From the NCBI RefSeq assembly GCF_006345805.1, contig NC_043006.1, positions 51,336,001 to 51,400,000 of the forward strand: a stretch of DNA of 64,000 bases, given 5' to 3'. Of the stretch, positions 62,629 through 64,000 are shown piece by piece. The number at the start of each line of letters is the position of its first letter. Position 1 is the stretch's first letter. Source of the DNA: Octopus sinensis. Its lineage: Eukaryota. The notes under the pieces are model-generated. The model saw only the letters and a program-made list of their open reading frames with translations. It was not told the origin of the DNA and did not search any database. Position numbers and translations under genes: made by a program.

Positions 62629-63244
62629 ATTAGATATTAATTTAATGATACCGTCAGTTTAACACCAAGTGGTCTAGCACATAAAAACCAGGGAGACAGT
62701 ACAAACTGACGGTATTATTAAATTAATATCTAATTTTTCACCCTCATTTATGAATTTATAAATTAAATATGCTGCAGAAAATATTGTATGCAGTATTGGT
62801 TTCCACTGAGTCTTAGCATGCTTTTGGCGGGAAGCTAAACCACAACTATGCATGCAATCGATCAGACTGCATGGGTATTTATCGCCCGTGAGGGTCTGAT
62901 AAATTGTATCGAGGACAAATGCTGCCGATGATTTATATACAAATATGTGAGTATAATTGCATATTATGTTCATAAAGAAACAATTGTTCAGCATTAATCT
63001 ATCTTTTCATTGTATTTCGCTTCCCTTACATTGAAGGTAATGTTATTTCTTCTGTGGAAACGACTTCGGTGGCTATACCAGAATAAGGAGCTATTTCTAG
63101 CACTGGAGTTAACCACTTAACGTTAACTCTCTTATATTTACGTATAAATTTGTACTGTCTCCCTGGTTTTTATGTGCTAGGCCACTTGGTGTTAAACTGA
63201 TGGTATTATTAAATTAATATCTAATTTTTCACCCTCATTTATGA
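62629..63244 (+). mobile_element. Penelope-like / retrozyme-like non-coding element with 5' inversion, 51-bp terminal direct repeat and hammerhead ribozyme
   Basis: 77-bp inverted repeat 62629-62705 / 63149-63225 (3 mismatches). 51-bp direct repeat 62703-62753 / 63194-63244 (1 mismatch, period 491). Ends in (TA)n. HHR fold inside. Confidence 0.7.
62918..62995 (+). ncRNA. Type I hammerhead ribozyme (U4C variant)
   Basis: Stem I AATGCTG/CAGCATT (7 bp); core CCGATGA; stem II TTTAT/ATAAA extended by AATATG/CATATT; GAAA; palindromic stem III ACAATTGT; cleavage triplet GUU (cut after 62988). Confidence 0.75.
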
Positions 63245-63270
63245 GTATATATATATATATATATATATAT

Positions 63271-64000
63271 ACAAGGTTTGATCAATAAGTATCCGGACTG
63301 TTGCCATAGTAACAAAGCTAAAGCAAGTAGAGTGAAGCTGCTTTGCAAAGATTGACCTTGAACTCTGCTGTGCATGTGCACTAACTTTTAACTTTTTAGT
63401 TCACTTCCGCTGTTTACAGAAGTGCTTGGAAGGAAGATGTGTAACGTGTGATTGTCGACATTGACCATGACAGAGAAAGTTGTCATGGCATACCTGTTCA
63501 GAGGCCTATACAAAATTGTAGAAAGTGTATGGAGAGGAATATATGAGCCATACACAAGTGTATAAGTGGTTCAGGAGTTTCCAAGATGGCCAAAAAAATG
63601 TCGGTATTGACGAAAGTTCTGAGAGACCTGCAATCAGCAGAACTGAGAAAAATATTGCAGATGTGTGGCAGCTGTGAGGGAAAATTGTTGAATCACCATC
63701 TATAAGTTATCAGAGGGTGTACAGATTAGTTGAAGATTCGGGTATAAGATACATGTCTACCAAGTTTGTGCTAAAACTGCTTTCAGCTGACCAAAAAGAC
63801 ACACGGGTTTCAGTTGCGCAAGATCTCCTTGATTGTGTTGAGAATGATTAAAACTGTTTGAAAACTTTGCATAGGTCTCTGAGCAGGTATCGCCAAGCTT
63901 TTGGCAAAATTTGATTCGGATTTTCTGCTTAACTTCCTGTTATGGTCGGTGCAACAATCACATGCTACACACCTTCCTGCCAAGTACTGCTGTAAATAGT
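63271..64000 (+). mobile_element. Mariner-like element, internally deleted, with long subterminal inverted repeats; runs off the window
   Basis: TA + caaggtttgatcaataagtatccggact TIR-like start. HTH remnant KVYGEEYMSHTQVYKWFRSFQDG. 63410-63470 is inverted at 63940-64000. Confidence 0.75.

Noticed and set aside
1-64000. CRISPR arrays, rRNA, known conserved miRNAs, prokaryotic systems
   Set aside because: None seen. The sequence is eukaryotic, the repeats lack repeat-spacer structure, and no conserved miRNA mature sequence was recognised.

Overview
AT-rich, repeat-dense eukaryotic DNA, most likely from an octopus (coleoid cephalopod). This is inferred from the SINE/RTE repertoire and gene sequence, not proven. 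One host gene is present: syntenin-1 (SDCBP ortholog) on the minus strand, with four coding exons (11281-11331, 3402-3713, 1738-1913, 1467-1638; 237 codons). Its last exons lie beyond the left edge, and a candidate promoter and short first exon lie near 27.62-27.74 kb. The rest is mobile DNA: two long RTE LINEs (one apparently intact except for two 1-bp deletions, both with a PHD-type finger inside the RT region), an ORF1-only L1/Tx1-like retroelement inserted with a 13-bp TSD into a SINE tRNA head, R4/Dong-like remnants, a Gypsy 3' end, mariner/hAT remnants, MITEs, several SINE families and microsatellites. The most interesting unannotated signal is a set of short, non-coding, Penelope/retrozyme-like inserts in (TA)n tracts. 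They carry type I hammerhead ribozyme folds (62918-62995 +, 47693-47756 -, and a degenerate one at 56714-56759 -), inverted or direct terminal repeats, and a loosely shared 3' tail. A near-perfect 1148-bp tandem duplication (25.1-27.4 kb) may be an assembly artefact.
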